Assembly: GCA_964634355.1 (NCBI GenBank)
Contig: CAZWIF010000004.1
Coordinates: forward strand, 1-37,974
Direction: 5' to 3'
DNA length: 37,974 nucleotides
Source: an uncultured Clostridium sp.
GTDB taxonomy: Bacteria; Bacillota; Clostridia; TANB77; CAG-508
Shown one piece after another: positions 10,197 to 20,095 of the stretch (positions within the stretch are counted from its first letter, which is position 1; the number at the start of each line of letters is the position of its first letter). The notes under the pieces were generated by a model. That model was not told the DNA's origin. It ran no database searches and was given only the letters and a program-made list of their open reading frames with translations. Position numbers and translations under genes: made by a program.

Positions 10197-10241
10197 AAAT
10201 TTTTACAACATATGATAGAACCAGAAAGGAATTGATATAAA

Positions 10242-11159
10242 ATGAAAAAAGTATTAATTACAGGTGCAGGTGGATTTGTAGGAAAATATTTAATAGATAT
10301 ATTCAAAAAGGACAATTATGAGATTTTAGCATGTGATATTAATAAAAAAGAAAATTTTGATTCGGATATAAGATATGAAGATATGGACATATTAAACAAA
10401 AACATGATAAATCCAATATTAAAAGATTTCAAACCAGATTATCTAATTAATCTAGCTGCTATAAGTTCAGTAGGACTATCATGGAAAATACCTAATAAAA
10501 CAGTGGAAGTAAATGTAATAGGAACAATAAACCTATTAGAGGCAGTGCATACATATTGTCCAGATTGTAAAATACTTCTTATTGGTTCAAGTGAAGAGTA
10601 TATGATGAAAGATGTACCACTAAAAGAAACTGATGAAGTAAATGCAAACAATCCATATGGAATATCAAAGATTGCACAAGAAAATTTTGCAAAAATGTAT
10701 AAAGAAAAATATGGAATGAAGATTGTTTGTACTCGTTCATTTAATCATACAGGAGTCGGTCAACTAGATACATTTGCAATCCCAAGTTTCTGTAAACAGG
10801 TAGCTGAAATTGAGAAATCAGGAAAACCAGGTCCAATTGCCGTTGGGAATTTAACCGCATATAGAGATTTTTCAGATGTTAGAGACATTGTGAAGGTATA
10901 TAAGGCTCTATTAGAAAATGATACAGATGAGTTGATATATAATGTCGGTTCAGGGAATGCATATCAAATGCAAGAAATTTTAGAGTATATTGTTTCATTA
11001 TCAACACAAAAAATAGATATAGTTACAGACGTAGATAAAATAAGACCAGTGGATACACCATACATATGCTGTGATAACACGAAAATAAAGAAATATTTTG
11101 ATAACACAGATATCAAAAAAACAATTAAAGAATTATATGAATACTATCTAAAACAGTAA
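10242..11159 (+). CDS. rmd: GDP-4-keto-6-deoxy-D-mannose reductase-like short-chain dehydrogenase/reductase (SDR) (Rmd-like; GDP-D-rhamnose or GDP-6-deoxy-D-talose synthase)
   Basis: 305-aa extended SDR directly after gmd. It has VLITGAGGFVGKYL, GSSEEY and NPYGISK (YxxxK). The N terminus resembles Rmd rather than GDP-fucose synthase. Product stereochemistry cannot be read from the sequence. Confidence 0.65.
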   Translation: MKKVLITGAGGFVGKYLIDIFKKDNYEILACDINKKENFDSDIRYEDMDILNKNMINPILKDFKPDYLINLAAISSVGLSWKIPNKTVEVNVIGTINLLEAVHTYCPDCKILLIGSSEEYMMKDVPLKETDEVNANNPYGISKIAQENFAKMYKEKYGMKIVCTRSFNHTGVGQLDTFAIPSFCKQVAEIEKSGKPGPIAVGNLTAYRDFSDVRDIVKVYKALLENDTDELIYNVGSGNAYQMQEILEYIVSLSTQKIDIVTDVDKIRPVDTPYICCDNTKIKKYFDNTDIKKTIKELYEYYLKQ

Positions 11160-11217
11160 AAACAAAAATTAGAACATATTTGTAACTATAAAAATATTAG
11201 ATTATCAAAATGAAAGG

Positions 11218-12330
11218 ATGACATATATTATGAAAATTGCTATTGTACATGACTGGCTAACTAATATGGGAGGAGCAGAAAATTTAATAATAAACTTTCA
11301 TGAGATGTATCCAGAAGCACCTATATATACAAGCATTTATAACCCAGACAACCTTGATGATAGATTAAAAAACATAGATGTTAGAACTAGTTTCTTACAA
11401 AAGAAGAATAAAAAGATAACAAACCATAAAAAATATTATCCTTTTATGCCAATGGCTTTTGAAAGTATGGATTTAAATGAATATGACATTATTTTGAGTA
11501 GTAGTACATGTTGTGCTAAAGGAATTATACCACGACCTGATGCAATACATATATGCTATTGTAATACTCCAATGAGATATGCATGGGAAAAAAGAGATGA
11601 GTATGTAAAGAATTCAGGAAAGTTCAAGAAAAAACTTATAGGAATATTAACGCATTATATGAGAATTTGGGATGTTACATCAAGTAGTAGAGTAGATTAC
11701 TTTATTGCAAATTCTACTGCGGTTCAAGAAAGAATAAAAAAATATTATAGAAGGGATTCTGTAGTAATAAATCCTGCTGTTAGATGTAATTTATTTGATA
11801 TAAGTGATACAGATGGAGATTATTATTTAATAGTTTCAAGATTAGTTCCTTATAAAAGATTAGATTTAGCTGTACAAGCTTGCAAAGAATTGGGAAGAAA
11901 ACTCATAATTGCAGGGGAAGGAACTGAAAAGGAGAAACTACAAGAGATGGCGAGTGGTTGTAGTAATATTAAATTTCTTGGAAGACTTTCAGATGAAGAA
12001 GTAAAAAAATACATGTCAGAATGTAAAGCACTTCTCTTTCCTGGGGAAGAAGACTTTGGAATTACACCAGTAGAAGCAATGGCATGTGGAAGACCTGTAG
12101 TTGCATATGGTAGAGGAGGAACACTTGATACAGTTATTGATGGAAAAACAGGTGTATTATTTAAAGAACAAACAGTAGAAGATGTAAAAAATGCAATGTT
12201 GAAATTAGAGTGTACGGAGTTTGATAAGCAAACGCTAAGAAAACATGCTTTAAAGTTTGATGAGGCTGAGTTTAAAAGAAAAATTAAGCAATTTATTGAT
12301 GAAAAGGTAAAGGAAAAAAATATGATATGA
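11218..12330 (+). CDS. GT4-family (GT-B, retaining) glycosyltransferase
   Basis: N-terminal KIAIVHDWLTNMGGAENL and the E-x7-E motif in FPGEEDFGITPVEAMACGRPVV. The probable start is ATG 11230. Confidence 0.85.
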   Translation: MTYIMKIAIVHDWLTNMGGAENLIINFHEMYPEAPIYTSIYNPDNLDDRLKNIDVRTSFLQKKNKKITNHKKYYPFMPMAFESMDLNEYDIILSSSTCCAKGIIPRPDAIHICYCNTPMRYAWEKRDEYVKNSGKFKKKLIGILTHYMRIWDVTSSSRVDYFIANSTAVQERIKKYYRRDSVVINPAVRCNLFDISDTDGDYYLIVSRLVPYKRLDLAVQACKELGRKLIIAGEGTEKEKLQEMASGCSNIKFLGRLSDEEVKKYMSECKALLFPGEEDFGITPVEAMACGRPVVAYGRGGTLDTVIDGKTGVLFKEQTVEDVKNAMLKLECTEFDKQTLRKHALKFDEAEFKRKIKQFIDEKVKEKNMI

Positions 12331-12351
12331 TATAGAATAGAGGAGAAAATA

Positions 12352-13401
12352 ATGACAATTTACTTAAATGGTAAGTTTTTAACACAAAAAATAACTGGAG
12401 TTCAACGATATGCTAGAGAAGTAATAAAAACTATAGATAATATGAATTTAAAAGATGAAATAATATTATTAATACCTCAAAATGCAATAAATGATATGGA
12501 GCTAAAAAATATAAAAACTAAAAAAATAGGAAAATTAAGAGGAAGACTATGGGAACAAATTTCATTGCCTATATTTGTAAAAAAACAAAAGTCAAAAACA
12601 CTTTTAAATCTATGTAATATAGCTCCTGTATTACTACCAGGATACATAACATTACATGATATTTCATTTAAAACAAACTCACAACACTTAAACTGGAAAT
12701 TTGTTACATATTATAAAATAATTACTAGACTTAATATAAAGAGATATAAACATATATTTACTGTGAGTGAATTCTCAAAAAGTGAAATAATAAATAATTA
12801 TCATATAGATGAAAATAAGGTTACAGTAGCATACAATTCAGCAGAACACATTAATAGTGTAGTAGCAGATTATGAAATAATAAAAAAATTGGAATTAGAA
12901 AATAAAGAATTCTTATTTTCATTGGGTAGCAAGAGTCCGCATAAAAATTTTAAATTTGTAGAAAAGTGTGCTAAAAATAATCCCGATTTATTATTTGTTG
13001 TATCTGGAGATAATAATAGTAAAATTTTTAATGATGAAGAAGAAAACAATGAAATCAAGAATATAATTTATACGGGGAGATTAGATGATGGAGAGATTAA
13101 AGCTTTATATGCTAGATGTAAAGCTTTTATGTTTCCTTCTAAATACGAAGGATTTGGAATACCACCACTTGAAGCAATAGAATGTGGATGTAGAAATATT
13201 ATAGTTTCAGATATACCTGTATTGCATGAAATATATTCTGAAAATGTAAAATACCTAAATCTAAATGATGAAGAAAATGAAAGTAAAAAAATTAAAGATA
13301 AAATAAATGAGAAAATAATAGTAGATGAAAGCATAATAAAAAAATATACATGGGAAAATACAGCAGAGACAATTATAAATAATGTAGCAGAGGCAAAATA
13401 A
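12352..13401 (+). CDS. GT4-family glycosyltransferase
   Basis: N-terminal ITGVQRYAREV and the E-x7-E motif in PSKYEGFGIPPLEAIECG. GAGGAG SD upstream. Confidence 0.85.
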   Translation: MTIYLNGKFLTQKITGVQRYAREVIKTIDNMNLKDEIILLIPQNAINDMELKNIKTKKIGKLRGRLWEQISLPIFVKKQKSKTLLNLCNIAPVLLPGYITLHDISFKTNSQHLNWKFVTYYKIITRLNIKRYKHIFTVSEFSKSEIINNYHIDENKVTVAYNSAEHINSVVADYEIIKKLELENKEFLFSLGSKSPHKNFKFVEKCAKNNPDLLFVVSGDNNSKIFNDEEENNEIKNIIYTGRLDDGEIKALYARCKAFMFPSKYEGFGIPPLEAIECGCRNIIVSDIPVLHEIYSENVKYLNLNDEENESKKIKDKINEKIIVDESIIKKYTWENTAETIINNVAEAK

Positions 13402-13492
13402 AAATGATAATATCAGAAATTTACTTTTAAAAAAATTTAATAAGGAGAAGGTAAATAACTGGTAAAAAAATATAATAAGAGTTGTTTAGACA

Positions 13493-16093
13493 GTGATTGG
13501 AGGAGAAAAAGATAGAATGTGCATAACAGTTTTAGGAATAATAATAGTTATAGTATCAGTATTAGCCTTTTTTAGGAATGAAAAGTTTTTATTAAAAATG
13601 ACCATTTTTTTATCAGTATTTACAGCAGGTTCAATATTAAATACAGATATAACAAATGTTGCAATACAAATGTATAGAATACCAATGTTTTTATGGTGCT
13701 TAAAACAAGTAATAAATTTTATAAAATCAAAGCCAAAAATTAATTTACAAATTATTAAAGATATATTAAAGAATAATAAGATTTTTACCGCTTTATTAAT
13801 TTTTTCATGTACAATTATATTGAGTGGTGTTTGGTTATTTGTTTCAAAATCAAACTATACATATGAATTGTATTCAGAAGAATATGTTATAACTTTTAAT
13901 ATATCTATTTTTAAACAAATAATTGGAATATTAAAATATTTTGCATTTTGTATGATTTTATCTTTAACAATAAAAGATAAAAAAGAAATAAAAGAATTAT
14001 TAAAAACATTTGTAGCAGGATCAGTATTTGCTGTTATATGGGGATTCATACAATATATATTATATTATTTAGGAGTGGAATACCCTGCTTTTATATTTAA
14101 TAACAATAATTTATTCGATCAATGGTATACTCAAATCATGCATGGTGTAAAAAGAATATGTTCTATTGCGACAGAACCTTCAGTATTTTCATTAAACTTA
14201 TTAGGATTTTTACCAATTATATTGATTCCATGGTTGCTTAGAAAAGAGGATTATCTAAAAAAAGAATATAAATTATTAACTGTATTAGTTATAGCAACAA
14301 TAGTTTGTACTATTTTAACGACATCATCAACAGCCATTGTTGGATTAACTGTATTGATGGGTGTACTAATCATATACTTATTAATAAGCGGAATTAGAAA
14401 TAAAGAATTAGAAGAAAACAAAAAAATAATTACAAATATAGTATTGATTAGTATAGTTTCAATAATTATTGCACTTATATTAGCATATTGTGGAATGAAA
14501 ATTTATAATGTTAAATTAGTTCAAGTTGATGATTTATATAATGAGGAGAGATTATCAGATACATTAAAAGAAATGACAGTAGATAAACTATCAAGTGATT
14601 CAGGAATGGAAAGAACTAATAGGGAAATAGTAGGAATGAAAATATACATTCAATCACCAATATTTGGAGTTGGATTTGTTTCATACAGAACATATACCTT
14701 ATATACAAATATATTGGTAAATACAGGAATACTAGGATTTTTTGCATTAATATATCTATTATTTGTTGTTATTAAAAAATTAATAATAAATATGAAAAAA
14801 GACAAATGTATGGCTTTAATATTTTTATTAAGTATTTTGGGAATGAGTATAGTGTTTTTAATTAGTGTGCCTGATTTAATATATGTTTATTTTTGGGCTA
14901 TATTAGTATTAGCATACAAATATTTTGATGTAGCAGAAGATAATATAAATACGACTAAAAAAGAAAATTTAATTATAGGAATTGATGCAAGAGGATTAGA
15001 TAGGAATAAAGCAGGAATAGCAACATATATAGAACAAATTATAAAAAAAATAAACCAAGATGAAAAACAAAACAATACATACATTTTATATTCGAATAGA
15101 GAAATAAATATTGATGTAAATTTAAAGAAAAATATTATAACAAAAAATTATAAAAAACCTATTGGAACCTTATGGTTATATTTTATGCTACCAAGAATAT
15201 TAAAAAAAGATAAAGTGGATATATTTTGGGGGACTCAACATGTGCTTCCTGAAAGAAATAATTATACTGAAAATATAAAATATGTTCTAACAGTGCATGA
15301 TTTATCAAATCATAAGCTAAAAAACATAGGAGAATGGAAAAATGCAATAATTCAAAAGTCCTTCTTAAAAACAAGTTGTAAACATGCAGATACCATAATT
15401 GCAGTTTCGAAATCAACAAAACAGGATATTGTAGAATTATTTAACATACCAGAAGAAAAAATTAGAGTAGTGTATGAAGGTACGAATTTTGAAAAAAAGT
15501 GTAATTTAGAAGAAGAAAAAAATATATTAAAAAAATTTGATGTAGAAGATAGGAATTATTTATTATTTGTTAGTACTATAGAGCCAAGAAAAAATATTAT
15601 TACATTAATTAAAGCTTTTGAGTATCTAAAAGATAATGGACAAAGTAAATTAAAACTTATATTGGCTGGAGGTTTAGGCTGGAAGTATGAACCTATACTT
15701 GAAGCAATAAATACTTCAAAATACAAAAATGATATAAACCAAGCGGGATATATATCAAAAGAAGAAAAAGAATGTTTATTACACAATGCAAAAGCCTTTG
15801 TATATCCATCACTTTATGAAGGATTTGGACTGCCTATATTGGAAGCAATGGCAAATGAAGCAATAGTAGTAACAAGTAATATTTCATCTATTCCAGAAGT
15901 AGGAGGAGATGCTGCTCTATATTATAACAATGTAATGGATTATAAAGAATTAGCTACTGTAATTGAGAAAACGTTGAAAATGTCTGACAAAGAAAAAAAA
16001 GATAAAATAAAACTTGGACAAGAGCAAATAAAAAAATTCACTTGGGATAAATGTTCTAAAGAAACTTTAAAAACAATACTGGAAGATTGTTAA
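13493..16093 (+). CDS. fusion protein: N-terminal Wzy/O-antigen-ligase-like polytopic membrane domain plus C-terminal GT4 glycosyltransferase
   Basis: A single uninterrupted 866-aa frame. Residues 1 to about 485 form at least 10 hydrophobic helices and carry the Wzy_C-like block RTNREIVGMKIYIQSPIFGVGF. From about residue 494 (nt about 14970) runs a complete GT4 domain (IGIDARG ... VLTVHDL ... PSLYEGFGLPILEAM). The likely start is ATG 13517 after GGAGGAG. Confidence 0.8.
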   Translation: MIGGEKDRMCITVLGIIIVIVSVLAFFRNEKFLLKMTIFLSVFTAGSILNTDITNVAIQMYRIPMFLWCLKQVINFIKSKPKINLQIIKDILKNNKIFTALLIFSCTIILSGVWLFVSKSNYTYELYSEEYVITFNISIFKQIIGILKYFAFCMILSLTIKDKKEIKELLKTFVAGSVFAVIWGFIQYILYYLGVEYPAFIFNNNNLFDQWYTQIMHGVKRICSIATEPSVFSLNLLGFLPIILIPWLLRKEDYLKKEYKLLTVLVIATIVCTILTTSSTAIVGLTVLMGVLIIYLLISGIRNKELEENKKIITNIVLISIVSIIIALILAYCGMKIYNVKLVQVDDLYNEERLSDTLKEMTVDKLSSDSGMERTNREIVGMKIYIQSPIFGVGFVSYRTYTLYTNILVNTGILGFFALIYLLFVVIKKLIINMKKDKCMALIFLLSILGMSIVFLISVPDLIYVYFWAILVLAYKYFDVAEDNINTTKKENLIIGIDARGLDRNKAGIATYIEQIIKKINQDEKQNNTYILYSNREINIDVNLKKNIITKNYKKPIGTLWLYFMLPRILKKDKVDIFWGTQHVLPERNNYTENIKYVLTVHDLSNHKLKNIGEWKNAIIQKSFLKTSCKHADTIIAVSKSTKQDIVELFNIPEEKIRVVYEGTNFEKKCNLEEEKNILKKFDVEDRNYLLFVSTIEPRKNIITLIKAFEYLKDNGQSKLKLILAGGLGWKYEPILEAINTSKYKNDINQAGYISKEEKECLLHNAKAFVYPSLYEGFGLPILEAMANEAIVVTSNISSIPEVGGDAALYYNNVMDYKELATVIEKTLKMSDKEKKDKIKLGQEQIKKFTWDKCSKETLKTILEDC
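15566..15988 (+). repeat. 423-bp tract 100 percent identical to 16714-17136 (copy A, inside the fusion-gene GT domain)
   Basis: Base-by-base comparison at a constant offset of 1148 nt. The flanks on both sides are homologous but clearly diverged. Confidence 0.9.
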
Positions 16094-17244
16094 ATATTGG
16101 AGGAAATTTAATGAGAATAGGGATAGATGCTAGAAATATGTACAAAAATAAGGCTGGAATAGAAACATATATAGAACAAAATATAAGAATAATTAACGAA
16201 ATGGAAAAGGATACAAATGAATATATATTATATTCAAATATGCCAGTTAACTTAAACATAGATTTGAAAGAAAAAATAAAAATAAAAAACTATAATTGTA
16301 AATTAGGCTCTTTCTGGATGTATTTTAAAATTCCTAAGATATTAAAAGAGGATAATATTGATGTTTTTTGGGGACCGAGGCATTTATTACCAAGAAGAAA
16401 TAAATATTCAAAAAACATAAGATATGTTTTGACGGTACATGATTTAGCTATTCATAAATTAAATACAGTAGGTCAACTAAAAAACACAATAGTACAAAGA
16501 TTGTTCTTGAAAACAAGTTGCAAACATGCTGATGTAATAATGGCAGATTCGAAATCAACAAAACAAGACATTGTAGAATTATTTAACATACCTGAAGAAA
16601 AAATTGAGGTAGTTTATTTAGGAGCTAATTTTGCAAATGGATATAGTATAGAAAAAGAAGAAGAAGAAACAATATTAAGAAAGTTCAATGTAGAAGATAA
16701 GAATTACCTATTCTTTGTTAGTACTATAGAGCCAAGAAAAAATATTATTACATTAATTAAAGCTTTTGAGTATCTAAAAGATAATGGACAAAGTAAATTA
16801 AAACTTATATTGGCTGGAGGTTTAGGCTGGAAGTATGAACCTATACTTGAAGCAATAAATACTTCAAAATACAAAAATGATATAAACCAAGCGGGATATA
16901 TATCAAAAGAAGAAAAAGAATGTTTATTACACAATGCAAAAGCCTTTGTATATCCATCACTTTATGAAGGATTTGGACTGCCTATATTGGAAGCAATGGC
17001 AAATGAAGCAATAGTAGTAACAAGTAATATTTCATCTATTCCAGAAGTAGGAGGAGATGCTGCTCTATATTATAACAATGTAATGGATTATAAAGAATTA
17101 GCTACTGTAATTGAGAAAACGTTGAAAATGTCTGACGAAGAAAAAAAGGATAAAATAAAATTAGGACTAGAACAAACAAAAAAATTTACTTGGGAAAAAT
17201 GTGCAAAAGAGACATTACAAATTATAACTGAAAAAGTAGAGTAA
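16087..17244 (+). CDS. GT4-family glycosyltransferase, tandem paralog of the GT domain of the preceding fusion
   Basis: The likely start is ATG 16111, 7 nt after GGAGG (MRIGIDARNMYKNKAGIETY). E-x7-E motif. The C-terminal domain is identical to the upstream paralog over about 140 aa. Confidence 0.85.
   Translation: MLNIGGNLMRIGIDARNMYKNKAGIETYIEQNIRIINEMEKDTNEYILYSNMPVNLNIDLKEKIKIKNYNCKLGSFWMYFKIPKILKEDNIDVFWGPRHLLPRRNKYSKNIRYVLTVHDLAIHKLNTVGQLKNTIVQRLFLKTSCKHADVIMADSKSTKQDIVELFNIPEEKIEVVYLGANFANGYSIEKEEEETILRKFNVEDKNYLFFVSTIEPRKNIITLIKAFEYLKDNGQSKLKLILAGGLGWKYEPILEAINTSKYKNDINQAGYISKEEKECLLHNAKAFVYPSLYEGFGLPILEAMANEAIVVTSNISSIPEVGGDAALYYNNVMDYKELATVIEKTLKMSDEEKKDKIKLGLEQTKKFTWEKCAKETLQIITEKVE
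16714..17136 (+). repeat. 423-bp tract 100 percent identical to 15566-15988 (copy B, inside the stand-alone GT4 paralog)
   Basis: Same comparison as copy A. It encodes the donor-binding C-terminal Rossmann domain (FVSTIEPRKN ... KTLKMSD). Confidence 0.9.
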
Positions 17245-17272
17245 AAATTAAGTTGAAAGGAATAGAAATAAG

Positions 17273-18454
17273 ATGAAAAAAATTGGAATTGATTTTACAT
17301 ATATTAAAGATAATTCTGTAACAGGTGTAAGGAAACATGGGGAGGAAATTTTAAACGGTCTTATAAAGGCAAATGCAGATTATGAGATAGTCCTATTTGT
17401 GGAGGAAAGTTTAAAAGAGTCATTTGAAAGTAAATACCCAAATTATAAAATTGTTCCAATGAAATATTGGTTTAAAAACATAAAATATGTAAGAAGAATA
17501 AATATGACGAAAATAGGAACAGAAATAAAAGCAAAGAAGATGGAAAGAGAAAATTGTGACATCTTAATATATCCTTATACTTATAAATTAACTCCATTGA
17601 TAAAGAAACAAGAAAAAATAATTTCAATACTTGATTTAATACCATTAGATGAAATAAAAGACAAAGAATCTAGGATATATAATAAAATAAAAAAACAAAA
17701 TATAAAAATAATGAACCAATCTAAATATATAGTAACTATTTCAGAATATTCCAAGAAAAGATTGCAGGAGATAAATCCTGATTATAAAGGAGAAATATTT
17801 GTAATACCAAGTCCTGTTGAAAAACCTAAAAAAACTAATAAAAAAGTTTCAGATATAATAAATAAAGATATACCATATATATTTTCTATAAATTCATTTT
17901 TCAAGAATAAGAATCAAATAACATTAGTCAAGGCCTTTAATAGAATAAAAGATGAAATATCACATAGTTTAATTTTGGTAGGAAGACCGGAATTGGAGTC
18001 AGGGAAAAGTGGCTATAATGAAATTATAGATTATATAGAAAAAAATAATTTACAAGAAAGAGTACTTGTATTATCGCATATATCTGATGAAGATAGAAAT
18101 ACTTTGTTTTATAATACAGATTTATTTGTAACAACATCTTTAATGGAAGGATTTGGAAGGACACCAGTTGAAGCTGCATTATGTACAGTTCCTGTAATAT
18201 CAACAAAGACGACGTCACTACCTGAAGCGACAATGAATGAAGTATTTTATTATGAAAATGCAATTGATGATGAAGAACTAGCAAGGAAAATGCTAGAAGT
18301 ATTAAATAATAAACCATCAAAGGAAAGGCTAGACGAAATATCAAGAAAATTAGAAAAAGAATATAGTGAACAAAGAATAACAGGGATGTATATTAAATTG
18401 ATTAACCATATTTTGAAAGGAGAAGAAAATGCAAAGGACAAAACAATCAATTAA
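17273..18454 (+). CDS. GT4-family glycosyltransferase
   Basis: 393 aa with MKKIGIDFTY at the N terminus and E-x7-E in TSLMEGFGRTPVEAALC. Confidence 0.8.
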   Translation: MKKIGIDFTYIKDNSVTGVRKHGEEILNGLIKANADYEIVLFVEESLKESFESKYPNYKIVPMKYWFKNIKYVRRINMTKIGTEIKAKKMERENCDILIYPYTYKLTPLIKKQEKIISILDLIPLDEIKDKESRIYNKIKKQNIKIMNQSKYIVTISEYSKKRLQEINPDYKGEIFVIPSPVEKPKKTNKKVSDIINKDIPYIFSINSFFKNKNQITLVKAFNRIKDEISHSLILVGRPELESGKSGYNEIIDYIEKNNLQERVLVLSHISDEDRNTLFYNTDLFVTTSLMEGFGRTPVEAALCTVPVISTKTTSLPEATMNEVFYYENAIDDEELARKMLEVLNNKPSKERLDEISRKLEKEYSEQRITGMYIKLINHILKGEENAKDKTIN

Positions 18455-20003
18455 AAATGCAGGATTTTCACTCATTTGTCAAGTGGTACAATTATTAATA
18501 CAGATGGCAACAAGAATTGCTTTTATAAAAATAATAGGGCAAGAATATTTAGGATTAAATAGCTTATTTACAGATTTATTAGTAGCATTGCAATTAGTTG
18601 AATTAGGGATTGGTCCAGCTATTGCATATAGTTTATACAAACCATTAGCAGATAAAAACAAAGAAAAAATAAAATCATTAATGAATTTATTTAAAAAGGC
18701 ATATATAGCGATAGGAATACTTATATTAATTTTAGGTATTTGTTTTACACCTTTTTATAGATTCTTTATAAATGAAGTCCCTGATATATCAAATTTGGAT
18801 TTAATATATTTATTATTTGTATTTAATACAGCAATATCATATTTTTATTCATATTATAGAACATTAGTAATTAGTGATCAAAAAAAATATTTGGATATAT
18901 TAATACAAACTGGAATAACTTCAATGGTCTCTTTAGTTCAAATAGGAATTTTATTTATAACACATAATTACATATTATATATTATTGTACAAATAGTTGG
19001 AACATTTTTGATAAACTTTATTGCATCAAGGATAGCTTTAAAACAATATCCTTTCTTGAAAGAGAAGAAAGTTGAAAAACTTGACAAAGAGTCATATGGG
19101 GAAATTAAGAAAAATATTTTTGCAATGATTTTTCACAAGGTTGGAGGAATAATTCGAGATGCTACAGATAATATACTTATTTCAAAATATATTGGACTTG
19201 CTATTACTGGAGTATATTCTAATTATTCTATGATAACTAAAAATTTAAGTACTATAATTACTCAAATATTTGCTGCTGTTTTATCTAGCGTTGGAAATTT
19301 ACATGCTACTGCTGATAAAAAGTCACAAATGGAGGTCTTTGAGAAAATTAATTTTATGAATTTTTGGATTGCTTCTTTTTGTGCTTGTTGTTTTGGAGCA
19401 CTAATAAATTCTTTTATTCTAGTAATAGCTGATGAATCATATTTATTAGAATTTTATATAACAATATTAATAACAATAAAATTTTATTTAGAAATTATGA
19501 GAAAAACCCCTTGGATGTTTTGTGAAGCTGCAGGAATATATTGGGAAGGCAAGACAAAACCAATATGGGAAGTTATAGTTAATTTGGTATTATCAATAAT
19601 CCTAGTTAAAATAATAGGAATAGCAGGTATATTTTTAGGCACCATTATAACTATTTTATTGATAGATTTAACATTTGAACCATATCTTGCATTTAAATAT
19701 GTCTTAAAAGAAAAATTAAGCAAATATTATATTAAATATATAATATATTTAGGAGTAACGACACTTATGTTTATTGTCACTTGTTGGACATGTTCATTAG
19801 TGCCAGGAGTAGGAATTATATCATTTATAGCAAAAGGAATTGTTGCAGTAATTATAACAAATTTAGTTGTAATGGTAACAATGTTTAGAACAGAGGAATT
19901 CAAATATACAATTGAATTAGCCAAAAGATATATAGAACCATTTATTGCTAAAATAAAATACAGTGTTAAGAGTGGATTTAATAATGGAAAAGGAACAGCT
20001 TAA
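18429..20003 (+). CDS. wzx: Wzx-type oligosaccharide flippase (MOP superfamily polysaccharide biosynthesis protein)
   Basis: 524 aa with about 12-14 predicted TM helices and a typical N terminus (KNAGFSLICQVVQLLIQMATRIAFIKIIG). It overlaps the upstream GT by 26 nt and is followed by an intrinsic terminator. Confidence 0.8.
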   Translation: MQRTKQSIKNAGFSLICQVVQLLIQMATRIAFIKIIGQEYLGLNSLFTDLLVALQLVELGIGPAIAYSLYKPLADKNKEKIKSLMNLFKKAYIAIGILILILGICFTPFYRFFINEVPDISNLDLIYLLFVFNTAISYFYSYYRTLVISDQKKYLDILIQTGITSMVSLVQIGILFITHNYILYIIVQIVGTFLINFIASRIALKQYPFLKEKKVEKLDKESYGEIKKNIFAMIFHKVGGIIRDATDNILISKYIGLAITGVYSNYSMITKNLSTIITQIFAAVLSSVGNLHATADKKSQMEVFEKINFMNFWIASFCACCFGALINSFILVIADESYLLEFYITILITIKFYLEIMRKTPWMFCEAAGIYWEGKTKPIWEVIVNLVLSIILVKIIGIAGIFLGTIITILLIDLTFEPYLAFKYVLKEKLSKYYIKYIIYLGVTTLMFIVTCWTCSLVPGVGIISFIAKGIVAVIITNLVVMVTMFRTEEFKYTIELAKRYIEPFIAKIKYSVKSGFNNGKGTA

Positions 20004-20015
20004 GAGTATCAATAT

Positions 20016-20044
20016 GGGCGAGCCGCCTTGCGTTCGCCCTTTTT
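20016..20044 (+). terminator. intrinsic terminator after wzx
   Basis: A GGGCGA(G)-loop-(T)TCGCCC stem is followed by TTTTT, in the convergent gap between wzx and the MBOAT gene. Confidence 0.7.
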
Positions 20045-20095
20045 AACATTTGTAAATATTTCGCTACTAAAAGTTTATACTCACTTTAATCTAGA

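Noticed and set aside
15556-15786. Two identical 76-aa minus-strand ORFs (15556-15786 and 16704-16934) that could look like a duplicated small gene.
   Set aside because: Their identity is simply a by-product of the 423-bp identical tract in the + strand GT genes. They are antisense shadows.
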